A stretch of DNA of 64,000 nucleotides, taken from Botryllus schlosseri. Its lineage: Eukaryota. Below the pieces are notes generated by a model that saw only the letters and a program-made list of their open reading frames with translations, was not told where the DNA came from and did not search any database. How positions within the stretch are numbered: the first letter of the stretch is position 1; every line of letters starts with the position of its first letter. The stretch lies in NCBI GenBank assembly GCA_051294905.1, contig CM119371.1, forward strand, positions 31,808,001-31,872,000. Reading direction: 5' to 3'. A program made the position numbers and the translations under genes. Shown one piece after another: positions 37,301-49,215 of this stretch.

Positions 37301-38758
37301 AGTAGTAATTACTTCATCTTACAGTTGAATAAAAAATATGGGATATGGATACAACTGAGTTGGTATGTTTGTGGGTTGTAGTGATTACTCGCGTAGTCTT
37401 GTCCACTTTTCATACGGACACTTTTTGTTTTGGTTTGGTGAGTTACTACAAACGGATTGACTTACCAAGGTTTTTGTATTTTACTCTTTTGTGCATGGTA
37501 AGATGTTAAAATGTTGAGTTGTCGTAGTGATAGTATTTCTGAAACTCTATTTCACAAACGGAAACGGAGTCGTGAATAGAGTTGTCAGTTTCAAGGATTG
37601 TTGCAAAGTATAATCTTGAAATGTGACTTGATCAAAGTTGGTAGTCATGATTGTCAATCTATTTCAATTCAGACTATGTCAAAGTCCACATATTTCATTC
37701 TGGATTATCTCAGTTTACCTGTAGTAGATCTGGCCGACCTTTACAGTTGGAGAAAAATTATCGGTCATATGAATACAACCAGGACGAATTAATTCAAGTT
37801 TGCGAGTTGTAGTGATATAATCAAGTAAGTGAAAACTATATTTTTAACACCGGTTAATGTTATGAATAATTCTTTTGAGTATGGTAAGATGTTAAAATGT
37901 GTCATTGACAAACGGAAAGCCGAATCGTGAATAGAGTTGTAATGTTTCATTACTTGTTTCAAATCAATGTGCGTATAATATCGAAATGGTACGTGGAAAG
38001 TTGGTAGTTATGTTTGTCAATCTATTTCAATTCAGACTATGTCAAAGTCCAAATATTTCATTTTGGATTATCTGGATTTACCTTTAGTACATCTCGCGAG
38101 TGGATTCCGACGCCGTACTATAACACTCTTAATGATACGGGTTCAAGGATTTTCATGATAGAGTTGACAAATGATAAGTTGCGTGTTTTTGTTAAGAGTT
38201 TGATTTCAAGTTGATAAAGACAATAACTGTATAATGCACATACTTGTGATTCTTGATTCTTGTAGAGTTATAGTTGGTGTTGATTCTATAGGTGTGAAAA
38301 CAGCGACGCGGAATGTGCGAATAATTCGATCTGGCTGAAAGTCGGCGTCAGTAATATTCAGGTTACGGTCGATTCAAAAGATCGCATTAAAAGAATTTCT
38401 AAAAGGATCAGAGTTGTACCGAATTAAAACATTAAGATACGAATCAACTTGAGTTGTTTAGTGAGTTTCATTTCAAGTTGACAAATTGACACATTACTTG
38501 TATATTCGCATGATTCTTATCATAAAACTAAAGTCGACCACGTTCCGAAGTGTCAAAACATATAGCGACCACCAGAAAGTGTCAAATTGTTGGTTTACGA
38601 ATCACCGTCTGCGACGACTCTGTGACAAACTAATTACGGAAATATTACCTTGTGAGCGATCGGTATGTCTGTAACACCAAATCATGAGCGATCGCTATGT
38701 CTGGAGCATTACCCTGTGAGCGGTCGTAGGATTTTAAAATTATTTCACACCTTTTTGA

Positions 38759-39190
38759 ATAAGCGAGATCAATGATATTCTCTATAACCACCCTGACACA
38801 CAAAGTCTATATCTAGGAACTTATCCAGTAGACCAGTTACCAAAGAAACCAACTGACGGGAAATTCGCTATCACCATTAATTACGACGAATCGAGTTTGC
38901 CTGGGTCTCACTGGGTGTACAGAGATGAGGATACTCATTTTCATGATTCACTAGGTTTCGGACCACTAAAGCCTCAGATATTCCAATTCCTGGAGCCGGA
39001 TGAATTTTCCGTGACTGGGAAACAGTTACAGAGTAAAACTTCAGATGTGTGTGGAGATCATGCTATTGCATTCTTGATAAAAAGAGCACAAGGATTTTCA
39101 GCCGAGGAATACTTGAATAATTTTCGCGATGATAAAAAAGTGAATGATACGATTGTGCGTGCTTTTGTGAAGAGTTTGATTTCAGAGTAA
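38759..39190 (+). CDS. Maverick/adenovirus-type cysteine protease, right-arm copy; ATG start not found
   Basis: Open from 38759 after a TGA: ISEINDILYNHPDTQSLYLGTYPVDQLP...GSHWV...HDSLG...QLQSKTSDVCG. Confidence 0.8.
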   Translation: MSEINDILYNHPDTQSLYLGTYPVDQLPKKPTDGKFAITINYDESSLPGSHWVYRDEDTHFHDSLGFGPLKPQIFQFLEPDEFSVTGKQLQSKTSDVCGDHAIAFLIKRAQGFSAEEYLNNFRDDKKVNDTIVRAFVKSLISE

Positions 39191-40521
39191 TAAACGAATG
39201 TGTAAATGTGCATACTTGTGATTCTTGTTGTGACTGTGAACAGCAGACTATTCTGTAGGTGCGAAACAGCGGTGTGAATAAGCCGAAAGTATTATTCAGG
39301 TAGCAATCAATAGCGAGGAAAGAGAACACGACCGGACATTTGACACGACTAAACTACGACATCATGTATAATAATTTACGATCAAACTATTTCACACTGA
39401 ATGGAATAGTGTAATAATCGATAGTAGCACACAGCTGCATGGGAAACAATTCAGCGCGCAGGTCATTCGAAATATAGGTCGCACGCACTGCTTAATCCTC
39501 TTGCAAGCCACGTTTCCGTTTGTGCGGTTATTGTTGGTGACTATTCAACACCACGCGAGAGATGCCTGAAAGTGCGAATCACGACCGCACCCATAAGAAC
39601 ACATGGCGAATCACCACAGATCCCGTAAGAATACACGACAGGCGAATCACCACCACAGTCTATATCTGAAATTACGACTTACCAACACGAGTATTTCAAT
39701 ACGATTCACCGCCGCAGCCTATACCCGAAAGTACGAATCACGACTACGAGTTTTCAATACGAGTCACCGCCGCAGCCTATACCCAAAAGTACGACTCACG
39801 ACCACGAGTTTTCAATACGAGTCACCGCCGCAGCCTATACCCAAAAGTACGCGTCCATAAGAACCCATTACGAATCACGGCCGAGAGAGGGGTCTGAAAG
39901 TACGAATCACCACCCCCGCCATAAGACGAAAACGTTAGCATGCCACCCCCGCCATAAGACGAAAACGTTAGCTCGCCACCCCCGCCATAAGACGAAAACG
40001 TTAGCTCGCCACCCCCGCCATAAGACGAAAACGTTAGCTCGCCACCCCCGCCATAAGACGAAAACGTTAGCTCGCCACCCCCGGTTTCTCGTTAGCTCGC
40101 CACCCCGCCCATAAGCCACAATGGCGATTCGCGACCGATCTACTATACTACTCATGTAACAGTGTACCAAGTTTTCGGCTTTCATCCACGTATTTATTCG
40201 CTAATATATTTTCCGAAGGCGATTTTGCAGCAGACATATAGACAGTAGACACTATAGACCGTAAGCCGTATGTGTCGTGTGACAATCTCCAGCCTCAAGG
40301 TCAAAATCTCCCAAGCTGTTCCGGGACCGAATTTCCGAGGCTGCTATCCGTAGTTCTTCAGAATGATGTTTTGGATTCAATATGACATTTCCTTGTCCAA
40401 TCTATGAGAGAACAATTGCGTATGTGTCCGAACTCGTTGACCTTTCCAGTAAGGCATACGCAATCTCTCGATTTATAGTCATTTCCATTTCTGCAGATAA
40501 GTAGTCAGGTCAAGTGCGAAC

Positions 40522-40865
40522 ATGAATCGTGTTGAATCTTTGCTCCGTACGCCGTTTAGCCAGCTGCCTTTAGAGCAAAAATTAGAGGTAAAGCGACTAG
40601 GTCCGTATCAGCCTAGAAATTGCCCATTGGTCCAATCGTACGCCGGAGGAAAACGCACTCGTGCCTTTTCTTCAGCGCATTTCGATAAAAATGAATGGCT
40701 TACTTATAGCGAGGATAAAAACGCCTTGTTTTGCTTTTACTGTCTTTTATTCGACAGTGCCGGTACCGGAAGCAGTGGCTCTTGTTGGAACAAAATTGGT
40801 TATCGCGATCTGAAGCATTTGTCAGAGCGTGTGAAAGCGCACCAAAAATCCAAAAATCATTGTTT
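40522..40865 (+). pseudogene. N-terminal TTF-type zinc-finger fragment of a ZMYM1-like hAT transposase
   Basis: RLGPYQP...RAFSS.HFDKNEWLTYSEDKNALFCFYCLLF...W.KIGYRDLKHLSERVKAHQKSKNH; catalytic region deleted; right TIR about 100 bp downstream. Confidence 0.85.
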
Positions 40866-42435
40866 ACGGGAAATTCATGTGACCATCATGAACGTTGAAA
40901 AACGCTACTGTGGCGTCATATTGATAACAAGTCGCTTGCGGCCCTTGCCCCACCACCCGATATTGTCACGAGCCGCCACTGCCAACATGGAATTCCAAGA
41001 AATGTGCCAAAAAGATCGGCAGCAAGAAAACTTTGCCCGGAAAGGACTGCCTTATGCTGACCGAAAACTAGTCGGGCGCCTAAATGGCTGACGCCAAATC
41101 TTCCTGTTCTGACAATCTGAACCCTACAGAACAAATGTCATCCCGCAGAGAAAAATCGTTTGTCGGTGAAGAAATACGAATTTGGAATCGTTAGGGTATT
41201 TTAGTTTAGAGTTTAGTACGGTTGAGCAATTTTAATATCGTTCGCCTATAGCAGACAGGAGGTCACGAAAAAACAACATGTAACGAAGTATTTATATGAG
41301 CAGCCCACCCGAGTATGGTTAATTAAATACGTGTCCTAACTTTTCCAAGACAACACCTCACTCAGCTCTACCGGTAAATTTGATTACTTGGGCTGAGAGA
41401 GGCTGAAAAATTAAATCCCAATTAATATGCAATAACATATATTAATGACGTATTCAATCACGGATTAGGGAAAATTTTGCGCTTAGCGTGATTAGACTAG
41501 ATAAAGTCACTAACAGAGTAAAATCAATTACAAATAAATACAAATTACAAATAATGGTGAAAAATCAATAAAATGGGGGGTCTGGGGAAGGAAGCCACCC
41601 GTTTGGAATATCATCTTATGGAAGGTCCAATACCAACATTTTCGGGTCTGACGAAGTGCTTTTTCGGCCCTGCTTGTAAGGTACAGTATGTTGACACCAT
41701 TTTATTCAACAAATACTGTATAGGCTCCTGTATTACTGTGTAACACACACACATATAGTGTTAACCGCGCAGTACTAAGCCATGCAGCAAGGGTTGAAAC
41801 GGTATTTTCGCTAATTCTGCTCAATTTACGGGTATATACCGCTTTTACAATCTCGGGGGCTGGAAGGAGAACATGAAATCTCACATCAGTATGTTGAAAA
41901 GAGTGTCTGCTTATCACGAAACATTGAGACATTGAATACTCTTGTGAATTTGTGCTGCACCTGAATCATAAAAACAGCTCTTGATTGATTCGTTTATCGG
42001 TAGAGACTATGATGCTTTATATACAGAATGATTATAGTTGTTGCTCAGCTAGTTTAATAACAATCTACTTTTGTTGGTCGAATTACGATTCTCTTTGATA
42101 TGACCCGGCAGAATATCAAAATGATGTTCAGTCAGTGGACACTGATTAATATTTTTCTGACCTTGATGCAAGTCAAAAGCCAGGAAGGACATTTCATATA
42201 CCGTCTGCATTGTCAACCATTTGGTAAGATATATGATATTAATTGCAGAATCAGCATACAAAAGTCTAGTATAGCGGAAATTTATGGCTCGTAATCAAAA
42301 TAATAAATGTAATAACTTTTATCCCGCATTCAGAAATCGAGTAATATTTAGATCGACTTACCAACTTTGACGATATCATTGACGAGGAGCTGAAATTTGA
42401 AAATTGGCCAATTGTTCCCAGTTATCACCCGATAA

Positions 42436-42709
42436 CAGGGGTTCCCAAACTTTTTATGGTAGTGACACCAAATTTCGATTTCAAAGTGTTTCGTGACCCC
42501 ACATCTCAATTTGTCGTGTAAATTACTACGTGTTTATTTACGTGATTATTACGTGTATTATATTGTTGATATAACACTATACCTGTCATTTGTACTTTTC
42601 CCGAAAGGATACATAACCATCCGATTGGTATTTAATTTTCATCTCCGCAACCCCACAGAATAGGTGAACAACCTCATTGGGGTTGCGACCCCTAATTTGG
42701 GAACTCCTG
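42436..42709. mobile_element. hAT MITE inserted in receptor exon 2
   Basis: CAGGGGTTCCCAAA TIR; TSD cccgataa/ccctataa; absent from copy B near 58770. Confidence 0.85.
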
Positions 42710-43403
42710 CCCTATAACTATAGTTAATTTGTTACTCACGTCGTATGGACTTCGTTGCATTATTTTCAGAACCGGTGATACAGGCTGTTCGGACAAATTT
42801 TTCTGCAACTCTCGTGAGTAATTGCCGGGACGATAGCAGCAGATTTCCTTGTGAGATGGAATACAGATTTCATAACGGAGTTGAAGTATCCGCATTGGAA
42901 ATTCATACATCCCCTGATGGGCCGCAATATAATCAAGAAAAATATGCAGGAATGATATTCAACTATACGTGGATGATCAAAGAAGATGGTCGAAAATATG
43001 TTATCTTTAATCTAACGATATCTTCATCTGATGAACCAGTCACTCTTCATTTACAAAGTCGATATGAGTCAAATTGTCTCGGAATTCAAAACGTGATATC
43101 AATAAATTTTAAAGGTTAGAAATTTACCATTGCGTCCTACGAAACCTGTTTTTAGTAGTCATACATGTTTTTATACCGTCGTTCAACTATAATTATTTTT
43201 GATGAACCCGTCGTTTTGTTGTTGTTCCATATTCCTGGTATTTTGAGATCAATGTTCATTTTTTCAAAATGTTTCCCAAGCTTCCACACTATTGGGCGAC
43301 TCATTGTCGCTCATGGCTTCTGTACGACACCGCTTACCCTTAATATCCCTATAGGTTTTCCCATGTAATCCCATAAGGATTCAGTTACTAGCAGCTTCTG
43401 AAG

Positions 43404-44980
43404 CAGGGGTTGGCAACATACGGCCCGCGGGCCGGATCCGGCCCGCGAAGGGATTTTGTCCGGCCCGCGGACAGTTTTTCGTCTTACATGATAATGTGGC
43501 CCGCCGGCCCCAGTCTTCCGAGATTCCCCACTACTTGCTCACATACATTTTAGTGATTGTATGTTTTTATACATATGTATGTACAGCGAGCGAGGGTGGA
43601 GCTTACGCGTAAGTTCGTCGAAGCGAGAAGACTTGCATTATCGGCATTTACGATGCACTGAACCCTAATGTCATTTGTGATAATAATGGTGTTCGTCGAC
43701 GACAATGGTCAATTGGTCATTTACACCAGGCCGATATTTCTTATTTTTGATTCCGTAACCGCCGACTTGTAGCACGGCGCACACTTCTAGGCTGTTGTAA
43801 GACACCGATTATGACAGGTGTCGCCAACTGAAAACGGGTCGCGGGCCAATTTCAAATTTCAAGGCCGCGGTCCGCATGAATTCAATATCGAGATAGACAG
43901 GCCGCACAGTTTAACAACCACGCTATCTCGTCACCTACTTAACCCTTATGCATTGATATCTTGGTAAATTTGGGGTACCGGGCTTATTGAACGCCTTGAA
44001 ATCTTAATGATGGATTGCACCGTGTGTTGATTGATCAGAGAGAAGCAGATATGTTGGTACCTGTATGACAGAGGTGGTCAACCTGCGGCCGTACAAGCAA
44101 ATTTGTGCGGCCGTGGACAGTCTGGACACGTAATTCAATTAGTAGGTGTTGGCGGCCGTCGACGTATAATTTGAATTTACGAATTGACTCCCGATTTCTT
44201 GAAATATTTTTATTATTCTTGAAAGTTTCTTCGCGCAGTGCGCGATTCAATGCGACTTTATTTTTCGATTTTAATATAGTTGCGCACTTTACAATCAGAG
44301 CCCCACAGTACAGTTGCGAACAGATGCGCCACATATAGAAATATCAACTCGAAATCGTGTTCTCTTCACTATATCGACAATCCTGACGGGAGGTCAAGAC
44401 ATGCAAAGAACAGCATGCAACAAAGTGACTAATAATAATTGGCATGCCCTGACCGACCCTCCACCAACTCTACCGGTGAATCTGATCACATGGGATGAGA
44501 AATAATATGTAGAACTACTAATTTTAATGACGAAATTCATGAATGAATCTGAAAAAATTTTCGCGCTTGGCGCGACTATGAACAGCCTGCATTATTTAAT
44601 AGATTAGTACGGAGTTCGCCGGAAATGGACATAGACACTTTAACATGAGTATTTGGCGTCCTGCTAGTTCATTACGACTATTCCCTGGAATGCGGCCGTA
44701 GGCTACATGAGTAGTCGAAATGCGGCCGTGACTGGCAAAAAAATTGGCCACCCCTGCTGTATGACAGTGCTGATCTCAAATCCCCATTATCTTCGTCATT
44801 ATTGGCGAGAAATGGCTTTGAAGTTGTATTGCTGTCGTTAAAATACATTCATTAAATACGATTTATTCCTGGTATACGTGGATAAATGGGCGAATAATGT
44901 ATCGATTCAGCAATCCGGCCCGCCAAGTACTTAATTTTCCTATATCCGGCCCGCCGACTTGGAGAAGTTGCCCGCCCCTG
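43404..44980. mobile_element. hAT MITE with nested SINE fragment and nested MITEs
   Basis: CAGGGGTTGGCAAC/GTTGCCCGCCCCTG; TSD ttctgaag/ttctaaag. Confidence 0.85.
44069..44756. mobile_element. hAT MITE, nested
   Basis: Perfect TSD CTGTATGA. Confidence 0.9.
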
Positions 44981-46494
44981 TTCTAAAGTGTTGTGGTGGA
45001 TTGTTTCGCAAATTGGGTTAGATTGCACACCAAAAAGTGCACAAATTCAGAGATGGTATAATAAGTAGTCAGTGTTGGTACTCAAGTAGCAGTAGAAGTA
45101 ACCCCGTATATTTCTACTCAATTAGTATAGTGAAGTATAGTGATTTCCAAGACATGTCAAAACTACATCGATGAGAAAGAGAAAATGTAATTTCGCAAAA
45201 GTACTCAAGTAAATAGTGTCTAGAAGTAGGTTTACTTGTGAGTTCGCATACTTCTAGCAGTCTATCGGATGTTGCTTCTTTAGAAATTGTCGGATGAATT
45301 TTCGTGACCGGCACAAAATGATTAATCACGATAAAAATGTGTGCAATTTTCGAAAGTATGCTCCATTACCGTGATACAGTTGCTAATTCTTGCAATAGTT
45401 ATTACAATTGAACACATAAATTTGATGAAAAATAACCCAAACTACTTTACACTTTCAAGTTACCAAGAGTAGTATCTGATTGATTTGCTTACAAAACATC
45501 CAGTAGAAGTAGAAATATGGGTATAACAACATAACAAGTCGAGTAAGTATTTCAAGTAAGGAAAATGTACTCCGGAAAAATAGAAATACTTCGTTACTGA
45601 CCACCTCTGTGTCATATTGGATTGATGCATCCGCACGATAGGCAGAAGTAGGCACTCTTGGAGGTATGACAGTTTGTAGCCTGTTTGACTGATAGTGATT
45701 ATAGAATTATCGCCATGTGTATTCTCGCCTGGACGATTTAGAAGCATTGGTATTTTATCCCCATATCTCGCACAGTTGATAAATTGTATCAGTATATTAA
45801 CGATTAAACTTGATCCGTATTTAGGTTGTGACCATCGTGCGAAATTTGGATCTGTTCCGACCAACTCGAATATCTCCAGATATCTTGACGTCGGCCATAT
45901 ATCCTGTAACGATGTACGCTGTATGCTGTACGCGGTCGGGCGGTATTTAGCAACGGTTGTGAAGCAGTTCAAACGCAATGTCTAGCTGATGCTACATGGA
46001 ACGATGTCAATAACATAACTTGCCTGTATCGTGAGTAAATATTTACTACATGCATGATAAGTTCACGGTTCTTCTGAGCCTGTTCCGTGGAAGTCACGTG
46101 AAGAGCATCGAGTACAGGAGAAACAGTTGGATGTAGGCCTATTATAATTGCGACCGGGAACGATGATTCGAGTATACTCTAATCTGAATCGAGTATTAAT
46201 TCTAATGATTCGAGTTGATGATAGTGAAAGGTGCTGTTTTCGAGTACTGAAATTATACGCTCCTTCCTACTTAGCACTTAATTAATCAACAAGAATTGAT
46301 AGTTCCGATAGTATTTTCCACTATAGCAGCTTGAAATATCGACTGATCGTATCGTAGGATTCGTAACATCTGGAATTAGTAGTACAAATTTACACAAATT
46401 AGTAGAAATAACATTTCTGTGAAGCCTTAAACAACCTATAAAGTGCTAATTGCAATGATAGGCATGGTTGATAAAATATCAAATTATCATTATT

Positions 46495-46920
46495 TAGGCT
46501 TACCATATTTTGGAAATCTAAAAAGAGGACATTTTCCAGTAATCTGCAACTTGCAAAACCGGAGTAGAAATCCCAAAAACCGGTGAATTTTTCCCACTTT
46601 GTGATCGGTTGACTAAAAAAAAAGGTCATCTTTTCCGCTCAGAACTCAAAATACCGTTTTTCTCTCCAGATTGCTAGGTGGATGCCTAAAAAAAAAAAGG
46701 TCATCTTTCCGCTCAGAGCTAAAATCACCGTTTTCACTTCGAAATACCCGCTCCTAGTTTGCGGCATATCACTCGCAATTTGCTCTAAATCTGACCTAAA
46801 TTTTCAAAAAAAGAGGACAAAATCTCAAAAGAGAGGAGAAAAGGGCGTCCTCCGAGGACACTTTCAAAAAAGTCAAAAAAGAGGACAAATCCTCTTAAAA
46901 GAGGACGTATGGTAAGCCTA
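46495..46920. mobile_element. Short hAT MITE (TAGGCTTACCATA TIR)
   Basis: TIRs; ATCATTAT on both flanks. Confidence 0.8.
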
Positions 46921-47960
46921 ATCATTATCGTGATGTGTAACTGGCATTATATTTTTTGTGGACTCAAAAAAGGTACATATTTCAAGTTTCCCCATCTTCC
47001 AGTCATGAATATATATCAATATTTTGTTGTTTGGACCAGTTTTTTTCCAGCCGTGGAGTTTAACTCAAGGAGGAATTTTATGACGTCAGGGAAGTAGGCT
47101 ATTTCATGAAAATTGAATTTTTGCCACAGCAGCTACTGCCGCTTGGTAGCCTGATACATAGTTTGTGATCTTCCTGCATCCTGTTTATAATCCTCCCATT
47201 ATTGTTAAATGACTAGCTTTATGCAGCAATCAATGCGGAGCTGCGCATCAATGGCAATCAGTACAGCGAAACGGTGAATTTGACTTACAGCCATACGGCA
47301 CATGGAAATAATGCAGTCTTGTTGAACTGTTCTACAAAGGATGAAGCACCGGGCGTAGTGACAAAATTTATACTGAACAACACATTGGTGAATATCTTAA
47401 TTTCTTCTGAACGCTGAAAATGTTTTAAAGAGATTATCTATAGGAAGTTCAGTTTAACGAGGAAATATGTACGAATACGTTTTCATAGTAGGCCTATATC
47501 AACGATAATTGTGACACGAAGACAACATTATCATTTTATTACTCTTACTACAGTTGAACAGATCTTCCATTACTCTTCATCCTAATCTCAATCGGAAGAA
47601 CATATCATGCTATTTCGAGAATGATTTCGTGAAATACTTTCACCAATCTACCCATAACTACTCGTCTATATCTACATTAAACATCCTATGTGAGTATAAA
47701 TTCGTGGATATTGACGTGATCCCTAAGAAAAACTGTGTCTTTCTCTTCAGTCGGACCTTATCCACCAAAGGGTTTGGATTCGCTTTGCTCATTTCCGAAC
47801 GGATCGATAGCGTTTTACTCCAACCCACCAGCTACAGGAATTTGGTTATCGCTCATAAAAGGTATTGATTTCATTATACAGTTACTCAAGAAATTTTTAT
47901 GTTTTTCATTTCTGGTACACTGAATCAGATCTCCATTGAGGTATAGATGAGCATGAGCAT

Positions 47961-48566
47961 TAGGGCTGTTAAAAAATAACCTTTTTTCTGGATTCCAGCC
48001 ATTCAGTGATTAAATTGTCAGGTTACCCTAATAAACGCTGCACACCAAATTTGGTTCAATTTTAACAAGTATAGGGCTCCGCAGATCCAATTAAAATTTT
48101 TAATTAATACTGGAAAATTAAAACAAAATTCACATTTTACTGTCAACCCCATGAAATTGTTGAGCTGTCTTCAGAGACGATGCAAAACAAATTTGACTCA
48201 ATTCCAACCAGTAGAAGCGGAGTTATTGGAGTTTTTCGTTGATAATCCTCGGATTATCCACCAATCAAGGATAATCCGGGAATTATCAACGAGAAACTCA
48301 AATAACTCCACTTCTACTAGTTGGAATTATCTCAAATTTGTTTTGCATCGTCTTTAATGACAGCTCAACAATTTTATGGGGTTGACAAGAAAATTTGAAA
48401 TTTTTATTTTTCTTATTTCCCCTACTAAATTAAAATTTTTAATTGAATCTTCGGAGTCTTATACCTGTCGGAATTGAACCAAATTTGGTGTGCAGCGTGT
48501 TTTAGGGTAACCGGACAATTTAATCAGTGAATGGTGGGAATCTAAGGGAAAAAAGTTATTTTTAAT
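47961..48566. mobile_element. Older foldback MITE related to 2257-2875, right tip missing
   Basis: Same TAGGGCTGTT end and central GGATTATCCACCAATCAAGGATAATCC; imperfect palindrome. Confidence 0.8.
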
Positions 48567-49092
48567 ATTTGGCAATGAAGTGCCGCAAATGATAGATTAT
48601 GACATGTCACACATATAGTGAATATTTTCGTTACTGCTTACAATACATCGATGACGTAATTCGTGACTGTAATCTATGACAATGATACAGAATATTGTCG
48701 GTTTGATCAGTACCGGAGTATCCGTAATTGTAAGATTTAAGTTCAAAACAGCACTTATTCGAATTTCCCATCCATGGACAAAAATTAGAGGTAAGGAGAT
48801 TGGTCACCTGACAAATTGATAGGTAGCTATAGTATACTTGATAGTAGAAACGTGCACTAAATATGACGTGGTCTCGAATTAAAATTAGAGGTGTGAAAAA
48901 CATTTAGGCAGTATCCATTTTCCACAGCTCCTTGAGACTACATCATATTTAATGCGCACTGCGCCTTTGATAATGACATATTTTCAAGGAGATGCAGAAG
49001 TGCCAAGTACCATTACGAAGTGCTGCGGGCGGATGTACGGCGTTCACGGGCAAATGATCGAACCGCGTAACAGTGTAAGGAAAGATCTATAT

Positions 49093-49215
49093 CAGTGGTT
49101 CTCAACCTTTTGGTCTTCGCGGACCCCTTTTGTACCGTGACGAACCCCGCGGACCCCCTCAAGTTTTAGTTCAAATGTAGCTCAATTATCGTGGACCCCC
49201 GGTTGAGAACCACTG
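49093..49215. mobile_element. 123-bp hAT MITE inserted in a receptor exon
   Basis: TIR CAGTGGTTCTCAACC; perfect TSD ATCTATAT. Confidence 0.92.

Larger units (their letters stand above)
24043..40152. mobile_element. Maverick/Polinton-derived non-autonomous palindromic element
   Basis: Termini AGTAGTATAGTAGATC...GATCTACTATACTACT; 6-bp TSD CATGTA (24037-24042, 40153-40158); adenain-type protease in each arm; arm 24043-31358 mirrors 31698-33214 plus 34363-40152. Confidence 0.9.
22862..40981 (+). mobile_element. Internally deleted hAT transposon carrying the nested Maverick palindrome
   Basis: TIR CAGTGGCGGCTCGT/ACGAGCCGCCACTG; perfect TSD CCAACATG (22854-22861, 40982-40989); single CCAACATG at the paralogous empty site 55141-55148. 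Confidence 0.93.

Noticed and set aside
24043..40152. Giant inverted repeat as a chimeric-read or amplification artefact
   Set aside because: Both outer ends carry a matching TSD, unique sequence resumes on each side and closes a second TSD, and the arms differ by substitutions, indels and a one-arm insertion. Read-level confirmation is still advisable.
40866..41091. C-terminal part of the 189-aa ORF and its apparent homolog at 55009-55284
   Set aside because: Read-through across the TIR into duplicated flank; the similarity reflects the segmental duplication, not a gene.
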